Shown here piece by piece: positions 39,561-52,480 of a stretch of DNA of 64,000 nt. The stretch is from NCBI GenBank assembly GCA_964106915.2, contig OZ066914.1, one strand, 5' to 3'. A program made the position numbers and the translations under genes. The notes under the pieces were generated by a model. That model saw only the letters and a list, made by a program, of their open reading frames with translations, did no database searches and was not told where the DNA came from. Within the stretch, counting starts at the first letter, position 1, and the number at the start of each line of letters is the position of its first letter. Origin of the DNA: Podarcis gaigeae (Eukaryota).

Positions 39561-41869
39561 CCCCCCCTTTTTTTTGGTGCCAAAGCACCTTAAGGGATTT
39601 GGTGTAGGAGCTGAGGGGCTGGGAAGGCGAAGTCTTACAGCTTGATCCAGGAGAGTGAATGGAAAAGAGAGAGAAAGAGAGAGGGAGGGAGGGAGGGAGG
39701 GAGGGAGGGAGGGAGGGGAGAGCCATTATCCTACTAATCCCTTTTTTCTAATTAAGTACAAAGAAGGAGAAGGACAAGGAAGAATCTAAAACACAATTTA
39801 CCTGCCTTGGGCTGCAATCCTAAGCGCCCTCCTATTTCCAGCTGCTTGAATTTACTCCCAAGCAACCGCGCGCGCAGGATACCGAGTTTTACTTCTCAGG
39901 AAGTGCGGTGCGGACTTCTCCCGGCGCAACTCAAGCTCTGTTTACTCACGAGTAAGTCCAATCGGTTGAAACAGAACTTTTCCCTACAAATAATGGGTAC
40001 CTAAGATTGGAGTTTCGATTGTGCGGCTGAAGTTGCGTTTCTGAACCTAAATGCACCCTACAATTCCCCTTGCTTTCACTTCCACTAACAAACCAACCAT
40101 CCAGAGTTAAGCAAAAACAAAAACACAACGAGAGGCTCCACCAGGCACCAAACAGGGTATTTTCGCACACCTTTTCAGACGTTCGAGCAACCTAATGGAA
40201 AAGAAAACCATCACCACGCCGCAACCTCAAAGGAAGTTAAACGCGCGGATCCAGGAAGCAGTTCCCAAAGCAGAAAGTTTTAGAGACAGTTAACCTGACG
40301 GCAACAGATGACAGGCGCAACAGAAAAACAGCAATCTCTTCTCACTCTCTCCACCCCTTATAATACACCGACTGCATTTTATGCAGACCAGGAATACTTA
40401 GCAGTATACTTTTACATACAGCCTAGCATTAAACACATCACCTGGAAACAAAATCCTATGGATTTCTAAGGGACTGCCTTGAAAACACCGACGTTTCCGG
40501 CTAAGGCCCCAAAGCTCCTTTACTCTGGAGTAAGTCTTACTGGGCCGATTTACCTGTGCTTAGAAAGGAACGTCAGTTTTAACTCCAACGGAAGACGTAT
40601 CGATTTCGGCTGAAGTGGTTTGTGGATCGGGCGCGAAAAAGCGCGCTTCGCAGGTTGCCTTAGTAAAGGATTCTTTACCCCCTCCCGCTCACTCTGTCTT
40701 TTCTTGGTACAGCTTCAGTCTGGGAACAATGATCTAGCCGAGACATTACCTTGCTGGAAACGTGGGGACACCCCAGAGTTGGTGGGTGCCCCAACGGACA
40801 GCCCCTCCCGGCTCGCCTAAGCGCAGAAGTCGCCGCGAGCAGAGCCATCCAGGACCGGGAGAGAGGGGTGTGGATATGCGCCGGTTCACAAACAGACCCC
40901 AGTTGGCAAGTGGTTACCAGGCACGTGAGTGAACTGACCGGAGAGTGGAGCAGGACTCCAGGTCAGACTAGGCGAAGGGAAAAACAAAAAACCAGCCCCA
41001 AACTCCGCAAAACCCCGAAAGATCCACCGGACCCGAGGATCCGTCTGCGCCAAACGCCCCCGACGTCTCTGCTTGCAGAGTCCCTTCTGAAGTGCCCAGA
41101 AGCTCAAGGCGAGCCGGGCGTGCGTAATCCGAAGCCCCTTTTCGTTCTACCTCAGTGGAAATCGTTAATTATTAGGTCTTCCCAAGGAAAGCTCAAATCA
41201 CACGGTCTGGGGATTGAAAATGCTACCCAAGTATGCGAGCCACATTCTTTCGTTCCCTTGCCTGAACTTCGGGAGCGCCCTAGCGCGAGGGCTGGAGGCC
41301 GTGAGCGAGGTCAAGGACCAACTTCTTCCTCCTCTCTCAACACCCCCCCCCCCGCGCACCCACCCCATGCCTCTCCCCACACATCCCCAAACCGGTGGCC
41401 GGGTTTTTCCATACAAGGCACCTCGGTTGTCCAGCGGGGAGAGGTCAGAGCTGCTCCAAGCCTCGCGTCTGCCTAGCCACGCCAAAGCCCAACTCTCTGC
41501 CCCTCGCCCTCTTCCTTCCTCCCACCTGTTGGCACTGCGCTTTCTGTGCGCGCCCCGTCGAACCTGGCAGTTGGTCACGAGCCAGCGTGACCCCCTTTTA
41601 TGCCGCTTGTAATTAACACTCCGCACAAGGCTGAGAGAGAGGGAGAGATGGGAGGGGGGCGGAAATAAAGAGTTTGTTTTTTTAAAAAATAAATCCTGGG
41701 CTTGGTAATGGAAACGAGGAGGTCAGAGAGAGAGAGAAAGAACGGGAAAGAAAGGAAGGAAGAAATCTAGACGAGGCAGAGAAGGGGAGAAACAAACGCA
41801 GCGGCAATTGTTTCAGGAGGAATCCGGCAACTCCCCCCGACGCCTGGATAAAGAGCATCAAATGTTTAC

Positions 41870-42015
41870 CTGTTAGAGAGAGGGCAGGCATAGGCTCATG
41901 ATCCGCGGGTTCCCAATTGCGCCTCTGAGAGTCGGTAACTGGCAGGTTTGATCGCCAATTTCTACATAAGAATCTGCCACACAGTTTAAATGTCAACGAC
42001 AATAAAAAAGAGGGT
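41870..42015 (-). other. PAX6: PAX6 5' UTR exon 0 (P0 transcript)
   Basis: Begins ACCCTCTTTTTTATTGTCGTTGACATTTAAAC about 25 nt below the TATA-like box; donor TAACAG|gtaaac at 41869. Confidence 0.85.
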
Positions 42016-42190
42016 GCCTGGCTTTGCACTAACTTTCCCTTAATATCAGCGCCAGCGCCTCTCCCATTGGCTGGGCTGCCCCGGTGACGTCACGGCGGAC
42101 AGTAGTTAGAGCTGAGTTCATAAGAAATTTTAGACAACAAGAAGCTCACCGGGGCCGGGAGATAATTCACCTTCCCGTGACCATTGGAGG
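42016..42190 (-). promoter_or_regulatory. PAX6 P0 promoter
   Basis: TATA-like ATATTAA (42040-42046), CCAAT (42066-42070), full CRE TGACGTCA (42085-42092). Confidence 0.88.
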
Positions 42191-42412
42191 GGCTGAGAGG
42201 CGAGGCGCACGTGGACGTGGGCCAGCCATGCTGGCTTGTTCGCTCCTGCCTGCCTGCCTACCTCTATCCATCCATCCAAAAAAGAAAAAGAAATATGTTT
42301 CATTATAGTCAGATCCCACTACCAAACAAGGTCCTCCTGGCTGGCTGATCCACAGAAGCGACTCTACCATAATATGTGGTCTGTGGAATGTTGTCCAGAG
42401 GACGGCCCTTGC

Positions 42413-42460
<48 letters not shown>
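42413..42460. repeat. (AAT)16 microsatellite
   Basis: Direct read. Confidence 0.95.
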
Positions 42461-42461
<1 letters not shown>

Positions 42462-45133
42462 CTTTAAAAAAAACATCACAGCGATGATTTGTGATTCTGA
42501 GTGTTCTTTTGCCTTTGTCTTCCTCTTGGATCCTCATACTACGACCGCCCTTCCCTTCCCCCCGGTCTTTCACCCGCACAAAAGGAAGATCTTTTCTCCT
42601 TTTTCTTTCCTTCTGTGTATACAGGAAAATCCGCAGGTTTAATTATGACGCAGCATCTTCGGCACGGCGGACGCAGAGATGTCCCTGGACTTTTGTGTGT
42701 GTGTGAAGTTCTGGAGAAGAGCTCCCAGGTGCAGCAGAGCCGCCGACTCTCCGTAACCATCCAAAGTCGAAGCCTGGGTCTTTCTACCTGAGGCTCCAGA
42801 TCACACACACAAATCCCCCACTCTGCCCACGGCTCAGTTATCAATAAAATCAACCTTTATCACTTGGTTCCTAGGTTTCTGTTTATGGAAGGGCTCCAGT
42901 CAGGGGGAAAATCCAATTTGTACTTTTGGATGGCTACCTGGGTTGTAGCACTGGCGAAGACGAGGCTTAAGCTGTATATTCGCACCCAATGCTGCCTTCA
43001 GAGGGGTCTGGATCTAAATTTTATTTTATTTTATACGTGTGTAAAGCTGTCCAGTTATTAAAAGTCGATCATTAAAACCAACTGAAAGAGAAAATCAAAC
43101 TGCGCGTGGACTTTCACTTCGAATCACTGAACACCTCAAACACCGAGGTGTGAGAGGTGAGTTGATATTTTGTGGAGGTTTTCTTCCAACCGCGATTCAA
43201 AAGAGAACCGGCGGATCCTTTCCATCTCTCTCTTCTCCCCTCCCCACCTTTCTCTAAACAATTTTTAAAACGAAGGGCGTTCGTTTTAAAGTTAAGCCCC
43301 AAGTGAAGTGCCGCTTATTTCAATGGAAGAATGGCGCCCTCGCTCATCTCTCCTTCCCACAGAAATGAATGGGACCTAGAAGACCATAGCGCTGCTTTTC
43401 ATTTCAGAGGGGCTGACACAACCTTTACACAGAGACCAGGCCGCATCGCACTTTTTTGGCCCAGAAGGTGGTGTTAGAATAATCATCAACTTCTTGCTTT
43501 AAGGCCCCTTTCTTACAACGACACCGAACATGTCCCCTTTGCCTCAAAGTTCTGGAGAAAACGAAGTTTTCTCTAGGCAGCTAATAGTGTTCCCTCGCCC
43601 AGCAATGTTTTCTGAAGGGCAGGGAAGCTACCCCCTGCTCACACTTTTGAGGACACAATCCATTGGATAGTTCTCCTGAGTAAACAATTGGGGTTGGGAA
43701 GGTGAGTTATGTTCCGAAGAAACCCACGAGATTTAAGTGATGGGGAAAACGGTGGAGATCTTCTTTCCTTTGAAACCGGGGCAGAATTCTCTCTGCAGGC
43801 AACGTCAAGCAGGTAACGTGGTCTGGGATTACGGGGGGAGGATCAGAATAGTTTTAGTCGCATAGTAACACCCCCCCCCCACGCACACACTTGTGGGTTT
43901 CCCCTCGACACCTTCATCCTGTCCCCTTAAAGGCAAAAACACCAGGACGGGTGGGGTGGGGGAACACACTTGTCGGAGTGAATACTTTTGTTTGTCAGGA
44001 AAGAAGCGCGCACGCCCGAAAGTCGCTGTAGCTTTGATTGAACCGCGCGTCGGTCTCTCGGGAGCTGGCAAAGGTTTCTCTGGACTTTGTTTGCGGCGGA
44101 TCCCTGAAAAGGGAGGCGTGGGGAATCAGTCGTCCTTGATGCACCCACACATCTAGAAATACCCGTCGGGGAGACCGCCCACCGCCGAGAAAGGATAGCT
44201 TCTCTTTCTACATGGTTTTCAGTAGCTGCGTTGCTCCCCACTTCTCCTTCTTAGGGACCGTCTCCCTGTTGGTACACTTACGGCTGCTATCCCCAGCACA
44301 CTTAGCCAGGAACAAGTCCCGCTAAAACCCATTTAACTTCTGAATGAATAAATGGAGGATCGGGATGCAAACCAGATCTTGATCTAACAGGCGAGGCGAG
44401 GGAGGGCTGTCTACCACCCGCATCCCCCAACTTCGTTGAGCTCCCTGGTGCGTATACATATATGAATACGTGTGTGTGTGTGTGTGTGTGTGCATGTATA
44501 TGCGCGCGCACCCACCCACCCACCCCTGACCTAGAACCTATGCCTGACGCTCTAAACTGCTTCAGAGCTTTGTGACACTCCTTTGGGGTTTTCTGTTAGG
44601 GATTAGTCGGGTTCCTTATAAGGAAGTCTATCCCCCAATGTTACATAAAGATTTCCAGAGCAGAAAAAGGAATGAAGAAAGGACAGGCAGCCGATCCAGC
44701 CAAAAGACCAGCAATCTGTTCCGAATGCAATGCGCTTCAGAATCGGATCGCAGCTGCAGGGGGATTTCGAATTGGCCAGCGGGGAACCCTTAGGCCTTCC
44801 TGCCAGCGCCCTGTGATGCCCAATGCACCTTTTCACTTGTGCTTTTTGGGCTGCGGGGGGTGGTGGAAGGTGCCATCCTAAGTATCTTTGTTTAGGAGTC
44901 AATCCTGCCGAGCTGGTGGGGGTTTCTGTCCTAGTATAAAGGCCGGCGTGGCGGCTGGGCTCAGTGGTAGAGGCAGCCCATGGGCCGCCAGGATCAACCC
45001 CTCGCATCCCGGGTTGATCACATATTGCTGGGAGAAGGACCCTTGAACATCTCGATCTTGTTGGGACCGGAAGGGTTGGGCGAAAGTTCATTTGATGAAT
45101 GCGCTTCGATTTAGGACCGGTGTAGGTGCACGC

Positions 45134-45194
45134 TCATAGAATTATAGAGTTGGAAGGGACCCCAAGGCTCATCTAGTCCAAACCCCTGCAATGC
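45134..45194 (-). mobile_element. CR1 LINE extreme 3' tail
   Basis: tcatagaattatagagttggaagggaccccaaggctcatctagtccaaacccctgcaatgc; the reverse complement aligns with the end of the copy at 52481-52733. Confidence 0.8.
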
Positions 45195-45724
45195 TAAACC
45201 AGGCTGCAGCTTCAAGGCAAATGCGGCCGAATAGAAAGCCAACCCGTCAGGCGCACGGAAGGCCAGCCTGGTAGCGGCGCTTCTCTTTCGGGATCAGGCT
45301 AAGAGGGCGATCCTATAGTTAGGACAAAGGCCCACGAAGCCCTTCTGGGGACTAAGGGGAACCGCCTGAACCTCCCCAGTCTTCAAAAGGCGCCCACGTG
45401 GAAACGCCTGCGGGTCTCAGTGGAGTTCAATTCGTCGAAGAGAGAGATGTTCCCGAGTAAGAGTGGAGACAGAGCGTCCTCTGGGCAGGCTGCTCTGACC
45501 CGCTTGGCTTTGCGCGCTGTGGGGTGGGGAGGGGGTTAGGAGGAAGGTCCTGCATCTTCTTCCCTTCTCACCCCCCATGACCCGCTCGCTGCCTCTTATT
45601 CCTGCCTCCTCTCCTCCCCCCCCCCCCCCGAAAGCCAAGGCTCTCCCCGACGGCCCTGCGGCAGGTCAGGTTGGCCTAGGAGGAGCAGCAGCGCCGCCGC
45701 CGCCCTGTCTCTTGAGCCGACGCG

Positions 45725-45755
<31 letters not shown>

Positions 45756-45779
45756 AGGGAGGGAGGGAGGGAGGGAGCC

Positions 45780-45950
45780 GTGGCCAAGGGCTTGTCAGGC
45801 GAGAAAGTGTGTTTGCCTGATTGTTTGGAGTTGCTGCCATTAAGGGAGCCGGGCTCCCTGCAACCCAGCAGGGTTCTCCAAGGAAGCGCTGGAAACGCCA
45901 CGGCTCCCGCCTGCTTATCTGGCTGTCAATAAAAGGAGATGGCTCCGAAA
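45780..45950. promoter_or_regulatory. Candidate proximal upstream enhancer
   Basis: Gene-strand TTTATTGACAGCCAGATAAG combines a TALE/Meis site (45923-45928) with an adjacent GATA site (45915-45920). Confidence 0.45.
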
Positions 45951-46123
45951 AGCAGGGCCAGGTGCTGCCTTGCCTTCTCTCCAACCGGCGCGGCTCTTCA
46001 GAAACTGATCAGGCGTGAAGCCAAGTCTGCTTGGCCAGGCCTTCGGAGCGAGCAGACAAACAGTCCCCCGGCCAACGCCCGAGTGTTGCCCGGGTTGCCT
46101 TCCGAGCTCCGGGGGCGGCGAGG

Positions 46124-46161
<38 letters not shown>

Positions 46162-46889
46162 TAAACATAAAAAGGCAGTCAGGACACACAAGCGCGCACA
46201 CACACCGGGTGATAAATGCCGCAGCGTGGCTTGATGATCCGGATCCGATCCGGGTTTGAAAAGGGAAACCAGTCGGTAGGCGCGATCTGGATGCTGGGCT
46301 GGGGCGCGCGCGCGAAAAGCCACCCCCCCCGATCTTTCGGACAGCGCAGCCACCTCCATCGGATCAGATGGCAGTTTAATTACACGCTTGCCTTTTCCTC
46401 GCTCTTTCCCCCCTCGAACAAATTTTCAGGCGAGCATAATCTCAGTCACTCCGCATCTCTGCGGCGTGGAGTGACATGGCTTTGGGAGGAGACCCTCTGC
46501 CACCCCCTCCCCTCCGTTCCCTCCAGGCTCCTGTTGGGTAGCCCCTTAAGCCCCTTCTAAATTAAAACAGGAGTAAACAAAGAGGTGCATCTGTGTCTAA
46601 GAGGTGTGTGTTTTTGAGAGAGGGAGAGAGATCTGAAATCCCCGTCATCATTTCCTAACTTATTCGGGAAAGAGAGAGAGGAAGAAATCCCACAAATTTC
46701 AAAGTGAAGTGAGCATAAACATCACCTGAACTGGTAATGTTTGGGTCTGGAATACGTGTGTGTGTTTGTGGAGAGAGAGAGAGATCGCCCCTCTCTTCCC
46801 TCTTCGCAGGTCTTTCAACGTGCTGGAATCGTCCTCCAAGGATCTAAAAAGCTGGCGCCGTGTAAACGCAGACGGGAACTTCCCTTTTC

Positions 46890-47350
46890 TCTCTCAGAGT
46901 AACATTAAGGGGAAATTAACATGCCGTCGAGGTAGATAAGGCGCTAATGAGGGCGCTGAGCTGGCAAGGAGCGGAGCCCTGCCTTCAATGGAGGCGTTTT
47001 GCCGCTCAGCCTTTCTGATGGGCAGGAGGCTCGAAAGCTGTGAAGCCACTTTGAATGGGATGCAGGCAAGAGGCAACAATAATGTGTTACAAATTTATAA
47101 GCATTATACATATTTGATTTACACAGCGATAGGAAGCCTCTCTCTCTCTCTACAAGGATGCCCCAAACCCCCGTGTGTTCGCTTAGATGGAGCAATTCGC
47201 AACCCACACACACAGACACACACACACGGGCACACACACACGCGCTGTAATAATGAGGTTTAATTCTCTACCCAAGCAGAACTTGAGCAATAATAATAAG
47301 CACATCAGAACAATTTGTTTACTGTGGCATCGCACAGACGGCAAAATAAG
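46890..47350. promoter_or_regulatory. Candidate upstream conserved element
   Basis: AACAAT (Sox) x2, TGATTTAC, TAAT clusters and TGTTTAC (Fox) in unique sequence. Confidence 0.45.
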
Positions 47351-48989
47351 GTCCGAGAAGGACTAGCTGCTAGAAAAGGGTGTTTATTGTTTTTTTATTA
47401 TTAAAAAAAAAGAGGGGGAGGAAAAAAATTAAATAAAACAAGCCAGGGACGAACCTAAATTTCACAGAGGAGGGGAAAATCTTGCGAGCAGAAAAGTGGC
47501 TTGAATCGAAGGCAAAAGGGGGAAATGCTTCCGTAGAAGGGATCTGGTGCCCTTGCTCAAGGTATGTGCTTTTTCAAATAAGTCGATTACTTAGTAAATG
47601 CTTTTCCTTGGGTCTCCTTGGACTTTGATTTCAGAACGTGTGGGGGGGGGGACACCTCAAACCCCTTCCCTGCTGTCTCCTGGTCTTTAGTTTTTCTCGC
47701 ACACATTTCCATTTCAGAGATGGATGTCTTGTTGTTGTTTTTTATCTGTCCCTTACCTACCTGCCTACCTGCCTTTCAGGCTAACTTTTAGGATGATTTA
47801 AACCGATGTAAAGCAAAGCTGTGCCTGCAACAAGAGAAATGGGTTGTCATCGGATAGATCATGCCTAGGTGGGCTTGCCGGTGTTGACGTGGGATCCAGC
47901 TCGGATTCAAATCGATAACAAAAGCCCTCCTTGACTGCACCTGGTCAGGGTAGGTCTAGGTGACATCAAGAATCCGGCGGCAAGCCTGGATACCTTGTTA
48001 ACCAGCTCTCCCTCCTCACACCCTCCGAAAACATCGCCTAGCATTTTTCAGTACTGGCAAATCACAGTATTGCCCGACACCCCTGTCCTCAACGCATGAT
48101 GGGAAGGCAAGTCCAGCCCCTTTGATATCTGCCGGACCGGCTCTCAGATAATGTTTTGCAGATCAGGCGGTAAAAGGGCTGCAAGGTCTAACAGACACCT
48201 TTCCTGAGGAGCATGTCCCGTTGAACTCATTGGGACTGGCTTCTGTGTAAACATGCCCAGGTTGGTTCCCTCTGCAAATGAAAGCAACCCCCTTGGAATT
48301 GGATGGCCAGACTTTCCAGTCGGGAGGCGAGATTTTTCAGGGGGCTTCGACTGTAGCGAGCTATAGGCAGAATCTCAAGCATTGCCAGAAGGCTTGTGCC
48401 ATTGCGCCCAAGTTTTGCAGAACAGAAAGATCCAAAAGTTACACGCAACGCTGTCATTCTGACCAGGACGGAAGGTTTGGAGCGCCCTGACTTTCCCTCT
48501 CTAGTTTGTCAGGCGCTCCTAGGGAAGGAGGGAAGGAAGGAAGGAAGGAAGGAAGGAAGGAAGGGAGGGAGGGAGGGAGGGAGATAGATAGATCCTGGGA
48601 AATTCCGTGTAAGGTTTGAAAAGAAGAAAGGGGAAAAAGTTCCTAAGAGGCATAGTGCGATCCTAACGGAGTTCAGAAGTAAAAGTACAGCCTTAATTTA
48701 AGATAGTCTGAGGAGGGGAAGGTAAGGAAAATAATATGGGGGAGGGGGAGATGAATCCGACTCCCCTAAGCTGGGTTTTCCTTCCCTCTCCCCTGCCCCC
48801 TTCAGGATTCTTAATGGTATTAATTTGGCTCCAACATGATCCAGGCTTGTCTTGTATTATTTGCCCCCCCCCACTTCCCCCCTCCTTTAAAACATTTTCA
48901 TAATAAGCGTGATGCTGGCCAATGTTGTTTGATTTGTTTTTCTGCCCCTCATCCCCGAGCTCCCCCCCCCCTTTCCTTTTTTCTCCCCC

Positions 48990-49165
48990 GACTGAGACAT
49001 TAGCTGAATTCCCTGGGGGTGATTGGATGCAGCTCGCTGAAAGTCGACAGGCACGTCCTGGATGTTAGAAATTCACTTTTCCTCGACGTGACAAGGCTGA
49101 GTTCGATCTACAATTGTATTTGAAAGGGCAACGAGCGGAAAGATCTCCCATCATTAAAGCTTCTC
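48990..49165. promoter_or_regulatory. Ectodermal (lens/cornea) enhancer EE
   Basis: Gene-strand TTAATGATGGGAGATCTTTCCGCTC.TTGCCCTTTCAAATACAATTGTAGATCGAA...CCTTGTCACG...AAGTGAATTTCTAACATCCAGGACGTGCCTGTC matches the recalled mammalian EE core, including the Meis site (49089-49094). Confidence 0.85.
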
Positions 49166-49429
49166 CTCTCCTTTAGCGAAATAACAAGATACTTCATTTG
49201 CACACAAACACTCCCTTTTTAAAAAAAATAAAAATAAAGACAGAAGACGCCACCTCGACCCTCGATAAGTATAATAATAACAATAATAATATTATTATTA
49301 ATAATAATAATAGCAGCTCTTGCTGCATAAAGGAAGCACACTGAAAGAAAAAGTGGGGGTGTCCAGGATCCCCGCCCTCCACAAGCGTATCCGAGGTTCC
49401 CCAAAGCGCCCATGTGATCCAGTTGACTT

Positions 49430-49800
49430 TTTTACTTTAAATCTTGAATAAGATGTGAGTTGTAACAAGGGGATTTGCACTTACTCCCTGACCCTTGTAA
49501 TTGGATTAAATATAGACTGAGACGTACAAAAACAGACCAAGATTGACACCTGCCAACTGGGCTTCCTTATGATTGATTGTGATGCTTCGTGCTGGCAACA
49601 ATAATGAAACAAATTGTATGGATAAAAACGGCGCGTTTGTCATTTCCGTGCCATAAGAGGAGAAGAGGCAGCGTGGCTGGCAAGCTGTTCGCTGACAGCC
49701 CAGAGCGGAGCGGGCACGTTGTGCAGGAGAGCTCAGGCCAGCGAGGCCAGCCGCTGACAGGGCAAATGATCCCTTGTCACAACCTCCTTAAATCGCCCCC
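49430..49800. promoter_or_regulatory. Pancreas enhancer (P) upstream of EE
   Basis: Gene-strand CATTATTGTTGCCAGCACGAAGCATCACAATCAATCATAAGGAAG..CAGTTGGCAGGTGTCAATC; Pbx-type TGATTGAT (49570-49577) and GATTGACA (49541-49548). Confidence 0.75.
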
Positions 49801-50656
49801 CCTCCCCAAAGTTTGCCCATTAACATATAGATTGCTCGGGCGAGAGAGAGGAGGGCTTCCAAAAGTTACCACGCGCGGAGCAAGCCGCCGTGGAAAGTCT
49901 CGGGGCGCGGAGAGCCTGGTCTCCAACATGGCTCCTTCTTGCGCGCGTCGGAGGAAGCAGAGGCGGCCGAAAAGTCGCTCCTCCTTCGCTTCCGTGGGGT
50001 GGGCGGCGGCGGGGCATTTCCCCGAGGCAGCAACGGGGCCCTGGCCCTGCTGGGGTGGGGAGAAGGCGCAGGCCAGCCACGGGGAAGGGAGGCGCCTGGA
50101 GGAGCCCCCAAGGTCCCCTCTCTCCGCAGGACCAGGCCGAGTTCAAGCGAAAGGCCCCGCCGAGTCCTGGAGGCGGGAAGGAAAGGGCGCTGCTGCTTCT
50201 CCTCTCCGGGCTCAGGCCCCCCGCGCCCACAGCGAGCCGCTCGCGGGCCGCAAGTTCGTGAGAGAGATCGGGGCGCCTTCTCGCCGGCAGAAGCGAAGTG
50301 GCGCCGATTTCGCGGCGGGGAACCGATTTGGAAATGGAGGCGCCGAAGAGCTCCTCGTGGCTAAAGCGGCAGCCCGGGGCTTGTGTGTGTGTGTGCTGCT
50401 TCTGCAGACTGAGGCCTGGTCCTGAAAGCAGCATCCAGAGCCGAGTTGAAGCCCCGCTATCGCTCGGTGAATTTCGGGGTCAGGCACAAAGCCGTCCGCC
50501 TTCATAGTTAGGGCGGCCTCTTTCAGCCATCCGGGGGATCACTTCCTCTTTTCTGGGTGTCTCCGAATTTCTGCCTCCCAAACGCCAGAGGAAATCCTAC
50601 TCTCGCCCTTCACCAGTCCAACAAGTGGTCCTTATTTCAAACGACGCCATACTAAG

Positions 50657-50760
50657 GGACTACAACTCCCATGATGCCTGAGCATTGGCCTTGCTGGCTG
50701 GGCTGTTGGGAATTGTAGTTCGCCAGAGCCCGAAGGGTGCCGCGTCGGCTTCTCCATCCA
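50657..50760. mobile_element. Squamate non-autonomous DNA transposon (MITE) fragment
   Basis: Internal inverted repeat ACTACAACTCCCA...TGGGAATTGTAGT; related copies at 59542 and 63335. Confidence 0.7.
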
Positions 50761-51055
50761 TAAGTACTCTTCCTGCAAGCTATTTATTCGCGACCACCCT
50801 GATCTTGCTTTGTGGCTCATTGTTCACAAGAGCATAGGAGACGCCTCTGACTGCGCCCAGATCTCCCCATGTCTCTTGAAACTGCAACCTCTAGTCCCCT
50901 GAGTCTCTAGTCTCTTGCTTTGCACCTTGGCAGCGGCGTGCGATTAGAAACGGTGCAAAGCTTTTAATCGGTCGTCTGAGAGGGATACTTTTAAACTCCC
51001 CTCGCCAGCTCACTGATGCTTTTTTCCCTGCGGCCTGCTAACGCACTGTGGCAGC

Positions 51056-51227
51056 GAAGGGTCGTGGCTCCGGTGGCAGAGCATCTGCGTTGCATGCATA
51101 AGGCCCGGGGTGCATCTCCAGATAAGGTTGGGAATGGCACCTTGTCTGGAAAAGCCTGCGGAGCCGCTGCCAGCCGGTGTAAGCAGTGCTGAGCTACATG
51201 AGCCACTGTCTGTTATATGTTCCTATG
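51056..51227 (+). mobile_element. tRNA-derived squamate SINE (Squam3-like)
   Basis: gtggctccggtggcagagcatctgc.ttgcatgca...gagccgctgccag...atgttcctatg; homologous to 7066-7246. Confidence 0.7.
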
Positions 51228-51905
51228 ATCTTGAATAAGGCTTATAGCTTAGTATAAGCCACTGTTCCATATTAAAACTTATCACTGGGCACACTTGGCC
51301 CAGTGAAGTTGGCCACCCCATTTCAGAGTTCTAGAGAGCCTGCATCAGTTTAAGACGATTAAAAATAAATCTAAGAGCACTTTATCACTGCCTGAAGGCT
51401 TTGAGTTGTTTCTTCAGTTTATACGGTCTCTCCGCCAAATCTTCTGTTCTGTCTGGAAGAGAACATATTTTCATCAAAACACAACACTTTCCCTCTCTCT
51501 GGTGTAACTGCATACAGGAAAGGTTCTCCAATAACCCAATTCACAAGCCAGTTAAACCCAAGTAATCTAACTGGGGTTCTCTTAAGCAAGTGCCATTTTC
51601 TTAAGCAAGTGCCATTGAAAAAGGAAATGATAATTTACTTTTTTGGGGGGAGGGGCTTTGTTTTTGGAGCAATGCTGAGTCTCCTACGCCTTAATGTATT
51701 TGGCTTATTGTTCTGCAGTGTTCAGGCACCTTTCTATTCCCAAAGTGGTGACTGGTGCTTCCTGTAGTCCTTCTGCGCTGGAGGCTCAAGATTTGATAGC
51801 TTCTGATGAGTAACTCCAAATGAGTGCATTAATATGTAAATGGATCTTTGTGGCTCTAAATCTTCATGGCCTTTCCCTCAGCCTACAAAGTTCTGTTTGT
51901 TTTGC

Positions 51906-51908
<3 letters not shown>

Positions 51909-51948
<40 letters not shown>
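51909..51948. repeat. (AC)20 microsatellite
   Basis: Direct read. Confidence 0.95.
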
Positions 51949-51951
<3 letters not shown>

Positions 51952-52480
51952 AGCCAAGTGACACTGGTATGGAAAAGGGAGACATTAATGGTCCAATTAA
52001 ATAGCAACGTGCATGACATTACACCTCTAGCCAATAACTAGGCAGGAGCTTCCCCCCCTTTATTTCAAGTACAAAATGCCCTTTCTTCCCTGAATGAAAC
52101 AGGAATGGACTTTACGGATCCTAGAAAGGTAATGCCAGACTTCACCTCCTGCTCTTCTATGGTGTGGGCTACTAGGTTACAATTAGAAGGGACTCTTCCA
52201 GTGCATCACAATCGGGTTAAATGGGGAGTCCTCCAGAGGTTGTCAGTGGAAGAGGGCAGCAAAAAGAGGACCAGCAGCGGGGTAAACTGGGTGCTTTTGT
52301 GGCCTATGGGAGAAGGAAGAATTAGTTTGAGCTATTTGGTGGAGAAGCGTTTTAGTGGCTGCTGTTACTGCTAAGGGGACGAAACGGATTCTGATTCCCA
52401 TTAGGAAGTAGGTTCAGCTGGGACTCATTTTTGTGGTGTCCTGGGCAGTAAATCGCTCTGAGGCCTATTGGTTTGATGTC

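Noticed and set aside
40751-41476. 241-aa plus-strand ORF near P0
   Set aside because: TTG start, GC-rich, no domain; consistent with chance.
49589-50425. 278-aa ORF upstream of the enhancers
   Set aside because: CpG-island sequence open in several overlapping frames; overlaps the pancreas enhancer; no protein features.
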